Assembly (NCBI RefSeq): GCF_009914755.1
Contig: NC_060926.1
Direction: 5' to 3' (one strand)
Length of the DNA: 64,000 bases
Origin: the human T2T-CHM13v2.0 reference genome, Homo sapiens
Below the pieces are notes generated by a model that was not told the origin of the DNA, ran no database searches, and worked only from the letters and a program-made list of their open reading frames with translations. Numbering within the stretch: position 1 is the stretch's first letter; the number at the start of each line of letters is the position of its first letter. The position numbers and the translations under genes are program-made. This document shows positions 29,261 through 44,540 of this stretch, in pieces.

Positions 29261-31114
29261 CTCCAAGAAGTCCAGACTGTATTTCTTCTGGACTATATAA
29301 CTAACGAAATTGAAAACTGATTTACACAGCAGTGCAAATAAAAGTTAGAATAGTTACCATTAAAAAATAATAATATTAAGCAGATTCATTGCATTGCTGT
29401 ATCCACAGAGTTTCATTTTCTGACTTAAGTCTTGCACTTCAGTTCAATGTGCCCTAATGTGATTCAACATTTTGCTTTGAATGTTGTAAAGCGTATTTAT
29501 ACCACAATCAAAATAATTTCTTCATCTTTGTCTTTAATCCAGAATAATTTTTTGTGATTGGCACTTCTTTATTTTATCCAAATTCCCTCCTTTGGGATTA
29601 GTGTGTAAAGGTTGATAAGGGTCAAATGATGTGTGGGTTGAAAGTAGTTTCATGATTCATGGGAACTATTAAACTATGCAAAATTATCACTCTGGCACAA
29701 TGAGTTTCTTATGAAAGCCTTCTTAATGCAAAAAGGAAAATGGAACATTCCATGGATTTTCCATCTCAAAAATATGCTAAGAAGTACATGCAAAATAGTC
29801 ACATAACAGTTTCCAAATAATAGCCATATATCTCTGGTATCATGCAAGCATTTTTTTTTCCACTGTTGCCTGGTTCTCTTGTAATTCTGATAATGCACTG
29901 CCTGACTCCAGCCTTATTTAAATTTGATTTGTTTCTAAAGTGTGTGGTCAATTTTGAACAATTAGAATAATAATATTTTGTACATTTGTTCAGGGGTTTG
30001 ATGTTTATAAAGTTATTTCTTATAGATTATCTCATTAAACATACAAGCCATACAGGTCTATAACTATATGTTTATAACTATAGGTTATTCTCTGGCAAAA
30101 GTTGTTTTAAATTATATTTAAACTTAAATATAATTTAAATTGAATTAACTCTTCTGACTACAACCACACAAATATGTAGCCATTTTTAATTTATTTCTTT
30201 TTTATTCAAATATTTTGGAGTTTTACAAATTAAATGAATTAATATTTACAAGGCACTTAAAATAGTTTCTAATAGATGATAACCTCTTATTGAGAGTTAA
30301 ATAAACAAAAATAAAATAAATAAGTTAACTATCTTCAAGAACATTTTATGAATCTTATTATTTTGCTTGATCTCCATTTTTACCACTGTATCCCAGGGTC
30401 TCAACTTATCTGCTTGGCTTATTTTAGCCTCTCCTTCAGATTTCCCTCTCCAGAAGCCAACTAAAGAGTTGCCACTAAATTTAATGTTATTACATTCCAA
30501 CCATGTAAATCTTCTTCTATAAAATGACTTCTATATAAATTTCCAAATCCTTATTATAGATTTCAAATGTAATCAGCCAGCCCTACCTAATTACCTATCA
30601 CCTTTTTTTTGAGCAATATCTTCTGCTGTCTTGACATGAAGCATTCAAGACATTGGGGGGAAGCACACTATTCTATCCCTCTTAGTGACAAGCTGGTCAG
30701 GTCTAACTCAACTGCCACCTTTTCCAATGAAGACATAAGCTGATTGTTATAGTCAGAAAGTAGGTTTTCTTCCTTTTTACTCTGATGAAACTTATTGTTT
30801 CAGGTTCAAAAGACATTCATCACTCAATGTGGAGTGTAATGGATGTGTTGGTATGATCTGTCTTGCTTAGCAGAGTAGAAGCTGACTAAGGAATTACTGA
30901 GACTTGGCAAGTTATTTATTCACACTTAGTTTCCTGAATGTCGAATTGGTTCAAGAACAACCTATGCTGGATTCGTGCTTTTGCTGTGTCTTTTCTTTAG
31001 AGTTCTAACTACCACTGACCTCTACCATATTTCTGGGAGGGCTTCAACTTCCTCTTTACTCATTTAACTGTAGCTAGATTTTCTCCAAAGCTCTGGATGT
31101 AGAAAATGAATGCC

Positions 31115-31210
31115 TCTTTTTCTCTTCTGTTCTCTTGTTTCTCCTCCTCCTCTTCTTCTTCCTCCTCCTCCTCCTATTTCTTCTTCTTACGCTCTCTCTC
31201 TACCCCCTCC
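31115..31210. repeat. (CTC/CTT)n polypyrimidine low-complexity tract
   Basis: Seen directly. Confidence 0.85.
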
Positions 31211-32518
31211 TTTGGATTATGAATTATAAAAGATTTGCTGGAAAAAAAAGAGTAATCTAAAAAGTACAGAAAAAAAAAAAAACCTATGTAGTAGTTTCTT
31301 ATTCTCAAAAACAGGCATTGCCTTGATGAAAAAGGTTATTAAAAAACTAAAATTAGGCAACAAAAATAAAAATTATTAAAATATGGAAACTACCTAAACA
31401 TTTTTTCTTAATCAATAATACACTAAAGGCATATGTATCTGATATCTAACAAGCAAGAGAATTTAGGAAAAACAGAAAAAATTAAGAAATGATTTTAAAA
31501 GTTTTCTTCATACATCTTGAGTCTTCTGTTTAATAACTGTTTGAGAAGCAAGTGGAAAGGTCAGAGAGGGGCAAGCCAAGATGAAACAAGTGAGAGAAAT
31601 GAGACTATCTGTACACTAACTTTTTGATGTTATAATTATTAAACTGCATGATGCAAGGCAGCAGCCTAATAGCAAATTAGCACCATTACTTTCCACAAGT
31701 ATATTATCATATTGAGATTATTATCATGCATCCTAACAATTACATAATGTTGAAATATGATTATAAGTATAAGGTGATATGGAGCTCATCAGTTTTAATA
31801 TCTGTTTGCTCATTAACTGCAAATACCTCCCAAAAACATTCCAATTTAAAAGCTACATATTGCTATAACTTTAAAACCACATATTATGTAATTCTGTCTA
31901 TTTTGTAGTTTTCCCAGAGGTCAAGAAAAATAAATAAATAAAGCAACCAAGCTAATTTTCAAAATCTAAAAGTTTCTTATAGAAATTTTGATTTTGAGCC
32001 TACAGTTAATGAAAATCCAGACAACCAGGCAAAGAAAATATTTAGAAATCAATAAGTATATGCCAAGTGATTAGATGATTAAAAATGAATAGAAAAATGA
32101 GCCTCCTGTTTTATAGCACTAATATTGTAATAATTGATCAAAAGTAAATATTAAAGTTACATTAAACATGCAAAACTGACATTCCAAGTATTTATCATTT
32201 TGCAACTTATTCATAGCTGAAAATAGTCACTCAGTTCTAAAGTGCACACTAACGTATTTTTCAGTTTTGTGAGCTTAGTCTCAAACATCACATTTCTTCA
32301 GATTTCAGGCTAGGCTTACCTGTCTTTAAAGCCAGGAGATAGACATAAACAGAGTAACAAACAGTTACTAAACATTCAATTCCATGCATTGTGCAGCATC
32401 AGCATAAAATAAAATTTCTAGCTCTGTCTGTGCAATTTCAAATATTATACGGCTTTGCTTATTGCTTTCCTGCTTGATTACTTAATTAGGCATATACATA
32501 TGCTTAAGACTTTGCTAA

Positions 32519-32999
32519 GAATACATATACATATATACATTTTTATATGTATATATTTGTATATACATACATACATTTTATAGGTATATATTTCTGTATA
32601 CATATATACATTTTTATATGTATATTTTGTATATATACACTTTTATATGTATATATTTGTATATACATATACAAACATAATATAAATATACAGATATGTA
32701 TATACAAAATACGTATATAATATATTGCATAAATACAAAAATTTGTATATAAATATATGTCTATAAGTATACATATGTATTTATGTGTATATGTATATTT
32801 AGTTTTATGTTTATATAAAATATTTTGTATATTTTATAATATATAAATTGAAATATATAAATATATTATAAATCTATAAATATACATATAATAGATAAAT
32901 TTATTTATTTCATAATTTGATAATATATTAATTTATTAATATAAATTCATGCATAGATCTAAATATTTTATGAATATTATATATTTATATAGTTTTATA
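32519..32999. repeat. AT-rich minisatellite / low-complexity tract
   Basis: About four diverged 30-37 bp units (atatacatatatacatttttatatgtatatatttgt) followed by TA-rich sequence. Confidence 0.9.
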
Positions 33000-33756
33000 T
33001 TGGCAAAGTCTTCAATCCCTAAAAATGTTTACTAACCTTCCTACAAATTTCAGAAACACCAGAGACTTTACGCCTACTACTTATCTCTAAATTTAGGGAA
33101 AGAATAACAGATACTTTTAAAAACTCATCTGAATAAGTAAAAATAAATATTAGCAAAACTTGGTGCAAATATCAGCAATTATATGAAATATTTTTGAAAT
33201 TCAAGATATTAAATACTATTGAATTGTCAGCCATTTTTTAATTTGCTTAATATTAAATGCTTAGTACAAATTATTAAACATTCATGACATGTCAGGCAGG
33301 AAGATGAGGAAGTCTGGTCATTTATCCTTAAGGAGATCACAGACTTGCAAGATAAACATATTAGGGGATAATTAAAATACAGTTTGATAAATACGTAAAG
33401 TTTTGAGCCAGTTACATTAAAAATTCAAGGGAAGAGTGACTAATTCTTTCAACAGAGTTACAAAAACCTTCAAAAAGGAAGTGATACTTCATTTAAAACC
33501 GACAAAAACATTCCAACACAAAGAACAGGGCAAGAATCATTACATGTCATAGTATTATTATAAAATGGCATAGGGTATGTTTAGATATTTGTAACTTATT
33601 GAGATGGTAAATATGCTTATAGAGTAAAAAAGGAAACCCCATCATTAATAGCCTTTATCACACATTTTTATTAGTAGTTAATAGACAGTTATAGAATTTT
33701 ATAAATTGAGGTATAGAATTTTTTGTGTTTTTTTGTTTTTGTTTATTAATCTTTTA

Positions 33757-34098
<342 letters not shown>

Positions 34099-34101
34099 TA
34101 G

Positions 34102-34472
<371 letters not shown>

Positions 34473-36479
34473 TCCATCACCCAGTTTTAAGCCTAGTACC
34501 CATTGGTTATTTTTTCTGATCCTCTCCCTCTTCCCACCATTCACCCTCTAAAAGGCTTCAGTGTGTGTTGTTCCCCTCTATGTGTCCATATATTCTCATC
34601 ATTTAGTTCCCATTTATAAGTGAGAACATGCAGTATTTCGTTTTCTGTTCTTGTGTTACCTTGCTAAGGATAATGGCCTCCAGCTCCATCCATGTCCCTG
34701 CAAAGGACATTATCTTGTTATTTTATATGGCTGGATAGTATTCCATGGTGTATATGTACCACATCTTTTTTATCCAGTCTATCATTGATAGGCATTTGGG
34801 TTGATTTCATGAGCAATCCCATTACTGGGTACATACCCAAAGGAATATAAATAATTCTATTATAAACACACATGCACATGTTTGCTCATTGCAGCACTAT
34901 TCACAGTAGCAAAGAGGTATAGAATTATAGTATAAAATTATTAGTATTTTCATTAATTCATTTTCATTAGTATCATTGTTTTAATACCCTCTAAATGGCA
35001 GACACTGCCCTAGATCCAATTATACAAGGTCAAATTATACATAGCCTCATTTTTCAAGAGTGGGAAAATCAGTGGAAGAAACTGTCAAAAGATTATTTTA
35101 CATTATCCATCATTTATGTTGCCCTAATCTTAGATTTTTTTCAGATAATATGATAATACCTAAGATAATATATGGTATTATACAGCAATATCATATTTTA
35201 AAGTTCAGAAAAATACACAAAAGAGGCAAGTAAGGAAAAAGTAGACTGGCAGTGAGGCTAAAATTCATGATGTAAAGATACAGCTCTCTAGTACTTGGCC
35301 ATAGTTGGTGGCTCTAAGTACTTTTGCACCCAAAATGAATAGGTAAGACTTGGCAACTACACAGTTCACCATGTTTACCAATTTTTTTTTTTTAGGCTGA
35401 AAACCACCACTCTATTTTACCACAAGTTCAAACTGGAATTTCTCAGAGACCTCATAAAGACTACATTGTATAATATAATGTGTAATATCTTAAGCAATAT
35501 GAAATAAGCAATAAGGAGTTTAATAAGAATATTTTGTATAAAATCACTCATATTATATAAACATATAGATCACAACAAAATATAATTAAGTGAAAACACA
35601 TGAACCAATAGTTTAACATGCTATTGGATTAATATTGCTTCTTTGCATACCTCAAATGAAAGTTTCTTTTGTTGATACTGTCATAATCAGTTGAAAAGCA
35701 GTCTAAAATGCAATGCCATCTGTTGAAAAATAAAAATGAAATTGTTCATACTACATATCTGGGCAGATTTTCTTAAAATGGTGCAACACAAAATAGAGAA
35801 ATCATCTGAATGCTAAGTCTGTTTTGTATTGTCATTCATAATATCAAATTTTACATTTTTTGGCTAAATACCTGCATTATTTTCATTGACTTTCAAAATG
35901 TCAGTTTTATCTGTTTTACATGCTGAGGTTCTATACAAGATCTCATCCAAAGAAAATGTTCTACTGTTGTTTTTTTTTTAAGTATCAAAACCTTTATTGC
36001 AACCCTTTACTGCTCAAAGTTCTCTCAGCAAAACTTTGTGACAATGCAGACATTTCCTTTCCCTGAAGGTCCCCACTTTAATCAGCCTTCTCTTGCTGGG
36101 GCCAGTCTTTAATCTCTGTCCTTAACAAGTGTTTATGTGGCAGAGTCATGTGAATTAGTATCACATCAATGCTGCCTTACATCAAATTTGGGAGCCTGAA
36201 TATTGGGGAGATATGTGCTTAAACTGTTGGTGATGATGGCTTGGAAGAATATATTAAATGATGAATGTAATGTCTGAAAAGAATACAGTTTTGATTTGAA
36301 CATTGTGGAAGGATGTCATTAGAACAAATCCCTAATATTAGAAACTATTCCTGTGTGACTTTAGAGTTAGATAATCCTTATCATTTTTCACCTACTTTTT
36401 AACTATTGTGGAATCTTATAACATCAAGGTTCAAGACTGATTTATATCTAATGCACTAATCTTATCACATCAGGATTTT

Positions 36480-36590
36480 TTTTTTTTTTTCTGAGATGGG
36501 TTCTCTTACTATGTTGCCCAGGCTGGCCTCAAACACCTGGGCTTAAGCAGTCATCCTGCCTCAGTCTCCCTAGTAGCTGGGACTACAGAC
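36480..36590 (-). mobile_element. FLAM / Alu monomer
   Basis: gagatgggttctcttactatgttgcccaggctggcctcaaac...gctgggactacag; TSD cat(c/t)aggatttt at 36468-36479 and 36602-36613. Confidence 0.85.
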
Positions 36591-38134
36591 TTTTTCCAGT
36601 GCATTAGGATTTTATTTGACAAAATCACTTTTCCAGTGATTCTCTTGAATCACAGTGTGAAAAAAATGTTCTGCAGTTTGATTGTAAGCTTTTCTCAGTT
36701 GTATTCAGTCAGAATATTTTTAAACCTGGGCTGGGAACACTAGTAAAACTTGGAGAGCCAGTAATATGATTTCTGATGTGTAGTTTATCATCTTATTCTT
36801 CATCCCTAAACTCCAGATAGAAGAGATGAACAGTTATCTGATTCCACAATGGTCCCATTCAATAGAAGAACATCCATTTTAAAATGTTGCTTTAAAAGCA
36901 AACTATTTATTTTATATTCCTACAGAACTTTTCAGAATTTAAGCCTATGTTAGATACTAACTGACAATAGCAGATTTATCCAAAGTTAGGAAAAAGAATT
37001 AAAAACAAACACTTTGGCTTGTGGTATCAAAATTGAATTACTAACTTTTAAATTGACCTCAGTAGAAAATAAAAAAAAAAATAGCAATACTAAATACAAA
37101 TACAAACACTAAATACAAAACTAAATACAAAAACAAACTGAACAGTGCCGAACAGTTCATGGGACAATACCCAGAGTAAATTAAACCAAAGAATATTTTT
37201 AAACCCTGAAAGGCATAGGTACTGCTGTTATAAAGATGATCATGTCCATGAAAAAGTGTTCTTTAAAAGCAATATCCCCATTTTGTTTAGGACACAGCAT
37301 TTATTGGGTTAAAGCAAACTCACCTTTTCAACAAGGACAGCTAGATATATTTTGACAGCACCAAGCAATTGGTTAGCTCTCCTGAGTAAAAAACAGTGCT
37401 GTGTAGACTTTTTTCCCAATCAATTATTTTTAAAATGATCAAACTGTGTCATATTATTTGTAATGCTATTAAGAATAATATCTAAAGTACTTAAACTAAT
37501 TATGCCTATTTTGTAAGATTAATTATCATTAATAATTTAACATATTTTATCATTTAAGTCAGTATCCGTTCTGATCTTTAACTTTAGAGAGCGCACTGTA
37601 TATGTACCACATAATTAGGGCTTATGTATCACATAATTAAGGCTAAATACTAGGAAATCAGACTAATGAGACCAAATCAAACTGAATTATTTAAGCTTTT
37701 TTCCTTTAATTTTAGAGGTAGAATATTTAGTAATTAAACACTGATTTCATTTTCGTGAACTTGCATATGTCTCCTTTGTTTCTGAGGTCCTTGCTGCAGA
37801 ACAAGCCTTCCAAAGTGTTTCCCTGAGAAGTGAAGGGGAAAAAATCTCTCACTGGCCACAACTGGGGGCAAAATAATTAACACAGGCAGGTGGTTACAGC
37901 TTTTTTCTCTCTCCTTTTTCTGCCACTCTAATATCTTGGGGTCTTCATTGTTTGTTTGTTTTTTTCCAGTTTCCCAAGGACCTATGTGGCTTCCTATCTT
38001 TTTATATTCCATTCTCCCAGGACCTGGCTGCTGTGATGGGGAATTAAGAGCTATGAAATGAGCAATATTATTCAGGAGTTCCAGTTCTATGAAGAAATGT
38101 TTTAGGCAAAGGGACTTTGGCATTCTTTTTTACC

Positions 38135-38760
38135 ACATTATTCATTCACTCCTTCATTCATTCTTTGAACAGATATTTATGAATGTCTACTATGTGCTAG
38201 TCTCAATTGTTATACAACAGAACTGGTGAGATTTTTATATACCCGTCTGATAAACAACAAATTGCATTTGTGGGTGTCATTTCATAAGTATTCACTGAGT
38301 GCCTCCTATATTTCCTGAGACCTGGCTAGTAGCTGCTAAAGATAGAGTGGTAAGCAAGAGTGACAAGAGCTTTGTTCTCATAGAGCTGATGGTCTTTCTG
38401 GGAAGACAATTACAGAATTTAATAAAATGCATTATGATGGGAGAAATATAGGGTCATGGAGGAAGACCAAACTTCAATTGAGTTAAATAACACTTCCTGT
38501 AGGAGGTTTCATTTAAGCTAAGGCCTGAAGGATGGTGAGAAATTTGGTATTCATATGTGCATGTGTGTGAGGGTGAGAAACAGCTGGCAAAACATGGATT
38601 ATGAGAGAATGTTGCAGACAAAGGAAACATTTCTGAAGGCTGAATGTAGGACAGCAGCATGACTTGATCCCGAAACAGCAACAAATTCAGTGTAACCAGA
38701 ATGGTTAACATTAAATGAGTCTGGAGATGTAAGTAAAACAATTGCCTAGACACACATCAG
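38135..38760 (-). mobile_element. L2 fragments
   Basis: attcattcactccttcattcattc...atttatgaatgtctactatgtgctag L2 3' end; more L2 near 39430-39700. Confidence 0.7.
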
Positions 38761-41389
38761 ACCAGAAACTGAGGCCTTGTAGCCAGTTAAGTACTAGGAA
38801 TAGATAAACTTTTAACTCAATTTCTCTTTACAAAGTTGCCATTATATATGCTGACCCTCTGCACAAACAGAACATAAGTATTTATTTGAAAAACTTCCTT
38901 GTTTTATAAAAATTATAATTTTTAAAAAGCAATCGCCTCTCAATGCTTAAAAAAAGTGCATTTTTATAAAAACAATTGATGTACACGCACACTTTCTAAG
39001 CTATAATTGCAAGAGGTGTTGTGGTTCAAAAAGACCCAAAAGGAAGCATAGACAATATTACTCTGAGGAGTTGTATCAAATTTACCATAAGGATCTTTGG
39101 CAGTATTTCTGCTCCTCTTCTTCCATTGCAGTGTAAGCCAGGGGCCTAGTTGTGGAAAGTCCTGTGTGGTAATCACACACAATCAGTGGGGTTATTTTTG
39201 CACATTTTTAGTATGGAAAGTAAAAGGCAATATAAACTCTTTATTGACAGATAACTTACTGGGCGCTTTCATCTTTTTACCTTTTTGTTTTGTCTTCAGT
39301 TTCACTCCTCCATGACAATGTATTTTTTCTGGGCCTCACTTCCTTTCTCCTCCCCTGGATCTGGCCCCATAAGAGCTGCGCTCAGATATGGCTTTTTACA
39401 CGGGAAGCCAGAAGCAACGTGAAGGATGCCTTTCAGAAGGAAATGAGAGCAGTATGACATGGCTATTGCTGGGGAAGGTTGCTATGATTCTGAACTAAGA
39501 CAGTAGGAGTGGGAGTAGAAGGCAGCAGCCAGGTCTGAGAGATACTTGTGAAGTAGAAGTGATAGCTTGGGTGACCCAGCTAGGGAATGGCTTCTACCAG
39601 AGGGAGGAGTCAATAAAGATTCAGATTTTTATCATCTGACAACAATGAATAAGGAATGAAGTATAGATTTGGGGGGCTTAGTAAATTCAACACTTTTACA
39701 TTTTAACTGGATTTCATTATTTTATTTCTTGTGCTTTCCCCAAGGGGAGAAGCATTCAACTTTGCAGTGCTTCTAAAGTATGCTAAAATATCAGTGTGAT
39801 TTAAATGATCACTTATATTTTCACACAATTAAATACAGCGATTAAGTCACTTTTCATATAGACAAACTATCTGCAAAGTTGTTTCTATCAGTCAATCTTG
39901 AAACTTCAACAGGAAGACCTATTAGCTGATCCCTGACATATGCACAATTGTTGTCAGGCATTATTCCCGGCTGCTAGCCAGTGTGATTGGCAGCACAGCT
40001 CTTATTCCAGTACTGAGGTAGTTCTTTGGGATCAGTAAAAATCCCTCTGAGATCTGCCTACCTCACTTCTGCCGTTATCTACCTAGTCAGTGATAGCAAG
40101 GCATTGAGGAAATTAAAAAGTAATGTATCTTCTCAGAAGAGTTAGTATCCCTTATATGATTCAGGACACACACAAGTCTTGGTAAGCCCTTACCAAGAAA
40201 TTGAAAATACTGGAAAGAGTAAAGAAGAGTCATTTCTCCTCAATGTTAAGAATGGCCTAAATCTAATTCACATATTTATTTTACCTTATCCATTTATCAG
40301 TGAAGAGATCGTTAAGTAATTTTTGCAAACATATTTTTGACATGTTCTGGCTCTTTCTGGTGGTCTCAAAACTGACCATTACCTGGAATTGTTTTTCTTT
40401 CAAACCAGGAAAAGAAAATAAGACCATCACTACCACAATATTCATCTTGGGTTGCACAAAATGACATATACAATTTGAACCAGGAGACAAATATAATAAT
40501 ACTTTACAGATGAATCTCTTTTTTTTCCAAAGTAGATTTAGAAGAAATTAGGAATAGAAAAAAGTCTTAAAGCAGACTCAAGGAAATAGAGTTCTTCATT
40601 TATCACAGAAACAAATAATACAGTAATGACATAATTTCCCATAATATCACTTGATCGAGTCAACCTATTTCACTCATTTTATTATATAGACCTTCAATGT
40701 TTTAGATCTGTCCTGTCACCTGTCAATTCATGCTTCATTATGTTGCTCTTCAGTGTCATTCAAGGTTGGCTTCCTCCCCAACAGCTATTCCTGTCCAAAC
40801 AGGAATCATGCATGCCATTTCTGTCTGCAGTGTCAATCCAAACATGATTTCCCATAATTGTATATTGCAGAAATCATAGTGAGCTGAATTCTCTCTGCAA
40901 AAGAGAAGAAAAAGCTCAGAACTACCCAGAAAAAGTGAATCTCCTACCATTTTACATTTGCTGAGTGGTTATAAATTAAGATACATTGTTTGCCCCACTT
41001 CACAGTTCCAGAGTGCTACTACAAGAGCCCTTTACACAATCAGCAACCTTATCATGCAGTATTTTTTAGAGTATAGTGTGGACAGAACAAGCAGAACAGA
41101 ATCTATTAATTTCCCAGAGTAGAGCTATTTTATTAGTCTCCTGCAATATCTTCATGGACTCACAAGTCTATTCGATACATAGGACAACCTTCCAAATTTA
41201 GTATTTAAGTTTCAGAACTGCATAGTCTGTTTTCTCTGCTACCTATGAGACAAAGGCTGCTGTGATAGTTCTGCAAGGCATAGCTACCATGAACCCATAC
41301 ATAGTTTTCTAATCACACCATCTCTTGTTACTGACATGGTTTCTGTCTTTTTTGCCACTCATAGTCAGGTAAAGAAGTAGTCATAATGA

Positions 41390-41780
41390 AACAAGCCAAC
41401 ATTTATACACCTACAATGCACCAAGGACTATTACCCTTTAATCTTGACTTCCATCTTAACAGTTTAATTATCTAAAATGTACTCAAAAGAAAAATGAAGA
41501 TAGAAATGATTGTTCTGGAACAAAGTCCCATAGATAATAAGTAGTAAAGGCCAGATATTAACCTAGGTTCTTGTGGACTTCAAAACTCCTGTTTTGTACC
41601 CTTTACAATATTGCATTCAATACAGAAATTTTATGTTTAAGGATCATTAGGTTTAACCTCCACATTTTACAGATGCTGAAACTATGCCATGTACTGGTTC
41701 AATGACTAAATCAAGGTCACACAAACATTTCTTAGAGCTAACACTTAAACTCATGATTCCTTCAACTCTCTTCTGTATCA
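41390..41780 (-). mobile_element. Two MIR fragments
   Basis: cattttacagatgctgaaact...aaggtcacaca core. Confidence 0.6.
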
Positions 41781-44339
41781 TGTTCAACTAAAACGATGAT
41801 AATAGATATTACAACAATCATAAGTATTATTATTGCCATTGCTAATTGAAACCATACTTCTAGTTAGCGATGGAACTTCTGTGGGACTACCGTATTATTC
41901 CCCATGGTCGCATTATCTCACGCTTCCTTGAATAATAGCATATTGAGCATGGACTATGCGTCGGCTCAGTGAAAAAGTGGTATCATTAGAATCAGAGTTT
42001 CAGAAGCTTTTCCTTCCAGTGTCTTAAGACTTTACGTTTTCAAATACAATTGTGTGTCTATGAATGAACAGCAGTGCTTATTTGATCTTTTCACTACAAT
42101 TAGCTTCGCTAGGACTAGGTTATTTCTAAACAGAAGGAAATAGAATACTCTCATTTGATGTTCTGATAAAATGCTGATACCTTCTCTGTTCTTTTTTCTT
42201 TCTTTCTTTCTTTTTGGGAAAGGAGGAGAGGATCTATATCATTCATCAGATTTTCAAAAGGTTAGACTTCTTACTGTGTGGGGATAAATTAAGTTTCATT
42301 GTAGTATTATCAGCCCAAAATACATGGGCCATATAGAAAATATATGATCATAAGGGCATTTTGCATATGTTTGCCCACCTGGAACAGTAGATGTAGTGCA
42401 TATTCTCCTAACCTTCCTCACATAGTGCTATGCAAACATTTCACTGAATTGATTTTTTTTAGCCAGGCATTATTCCAACGTTGAAGCTCCATAGGAAAAT
42501 GGAAATGCCAGTGCAAATTTCTATTTTTGATTTAACTATCTATGAATCCAAGTTTGAACTGGGAAAAAAATCACAACAGGATAATACCAGATAATGGCAA
42601 GTCTCACAATGATTGTTGCCTTATAACATCATTTTGAGATCAGGCACAAAGATTAAATTAGGACCCATTAATAGAAAAATTTTTAGAGGAACTTGAGCTC
42701 AAATTATACCAATCTGTTACTATTCCAAAATAAACGCATCAGGTGGCATTTAAATGCAGGTGGTTAACCGTTTTATCAGTGCAGATATTTAAGCTATTAG
42801 AAATATAATTAGAAAAATTAAATTAAACACACTTAATGTAGATTCTAATTCTAGCAGCACTGTCCTTAGCATTATGCTATTTCTATTGTAGATTATAAAA
42901 TGTGCCTAAATTGCACAGATTTGCTTCTGAGTGATAGCTGAACTTAGATAATTAAGTTGTTAACCATGAACTTCAGTGGTCAACATGGTTATATATCTTT
43001 GTCTTAATCCTGCTCCTCCTTCTTGTTTCCACAAATCTCAGGGGAGGCAGATGAATGGCACTTGACTCTACCCAGCAACAGAGTCGACTGATTAGACATA
43101 GTCTTGTACCGCAGGTACACTCAATTATATGCCTTTTGGAGAGTCAAGCATTCCCTGAAGCTAAAAGTGTTGAATCTGTTGATATCACATATTTTATAGG
43201 AGGAGAAAACTGACCAAACATATTTAAACCTTCAATTTTATTTCATAACATACTTCCTTCTTCTGTTTAACACAGGAGGTAAGGAGTTTGTTGAGATAAA
43301 AAGGATAAATCAATTCTCTTCCAAATAATTAAGTCATTAACTGGACAATGACTTCAATTTTAGTAATCAAGTCATCTGTGCTGGGAAAAATGTGACATTA
43401 CATTCAAGGCACAATTTAGTGTCCATTATGACACAACCTATATTTAATTTTTAAGATGTCAAATAGAACAAATTCGAGAAAAGCATACTGCCAAAGCAAT
43501 CATATTTTCTTCTATTATCCTCACAATAGAAAAGTACTTAGTAAGCACTGTTATTAATGTTGCTTGTATAGTAATAAAGCTGCTCAATGCTGAAGATAAG
43601 CTTGGATGCATTAAACGCTAATAGTAAATACATACAAATAAAATTCCAATGAATTTTTTCCCCCACAAATTGTAATATACCTTCATTTTAGCCAAAACTT
43701 CAAGAAGCTCTTGAATATGCTGAAATTTCCAACTTGAAATAGTTCTAGAAATGGCAAATCAATGCCTTTTAACAAGATATAAGAAGAAGCCTAGCAAGTA
43801 TCAGTAAATCTTAGCAATCAAGGGATCCTTTCCATGAGCCATTTCCTGAACAACACTATTGGCAAGTCCTTTGATTCCTGAACTTTATCGTAAGCTAACC
43901 ACAAAACATTTTATGTCTATTTTGGCTTTAATGAAGGTAGATGTGATTTCTGAACAAGTTCAGGAAAGTACTTCTTTCAAGCAGGGAAACTGCTTAAATT
44001 AATTAAGCTAATTAGGTTAATGAATAATTAAGGTAATTCTTTCACTCTTCCTCCACAATTCAATCTCTTCATTTCTTAGTCATAAGTCTCAAATGGTGGT
44101 ATTAGGATTCCTAAATACAATCACAAATTATATTTCTGTTTAATATTCTACATCACAATCAAGTCTATTTTTTAATTTTTTTTCTGAGATAGCTTAAATA
44201 AGAATGAGTCACCTCTCAAATATTGAGTATCTCTCTAATTAGGAAATGTCAATATCATAAACTAAAAATTAGTTTAAAATAGAGAACATATTTAGATATA
44301 AATAATAAATACTTTTAAAAAATCACTTATTTGAAATAT

Positions 44340-44540
44340 AATAGGTTCATGAGCACCTGCCTTTCAAACCCTAGGCTCTGTAAAACAGTATTTCATGCGA
44401 TCCTCTAATTACCCAAGGAGGTATATACTATTATCATATTTTTGTGGTTAAGTAATTCAAGACTCAAAGATGTTAAGAGACTTGTCCAAGGTCATACAGC
44501 TGAACATAGTGGAGCTTGGATTTGTCTGTTTTAAAGGAGG
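44340..44540 (-). mobile_element. MIR
   Basis: gactcaaagatgttaagagacttgtccaaggtcatacagct. Confidence 0.7.

Noticed and set aside
37556-37585. Resemblance to U2 snRNA (agtatc.gttct.atc)
   Set aside because: Too short and gapped, with no U2 5' end or TSD.
37734-38123. 129-aa minus-strand ORF in unique sequence
   Set aside because: No recognisable domain, it includes low-complexity A runs, and there is no clear exon structure; its length is compatible with chance.
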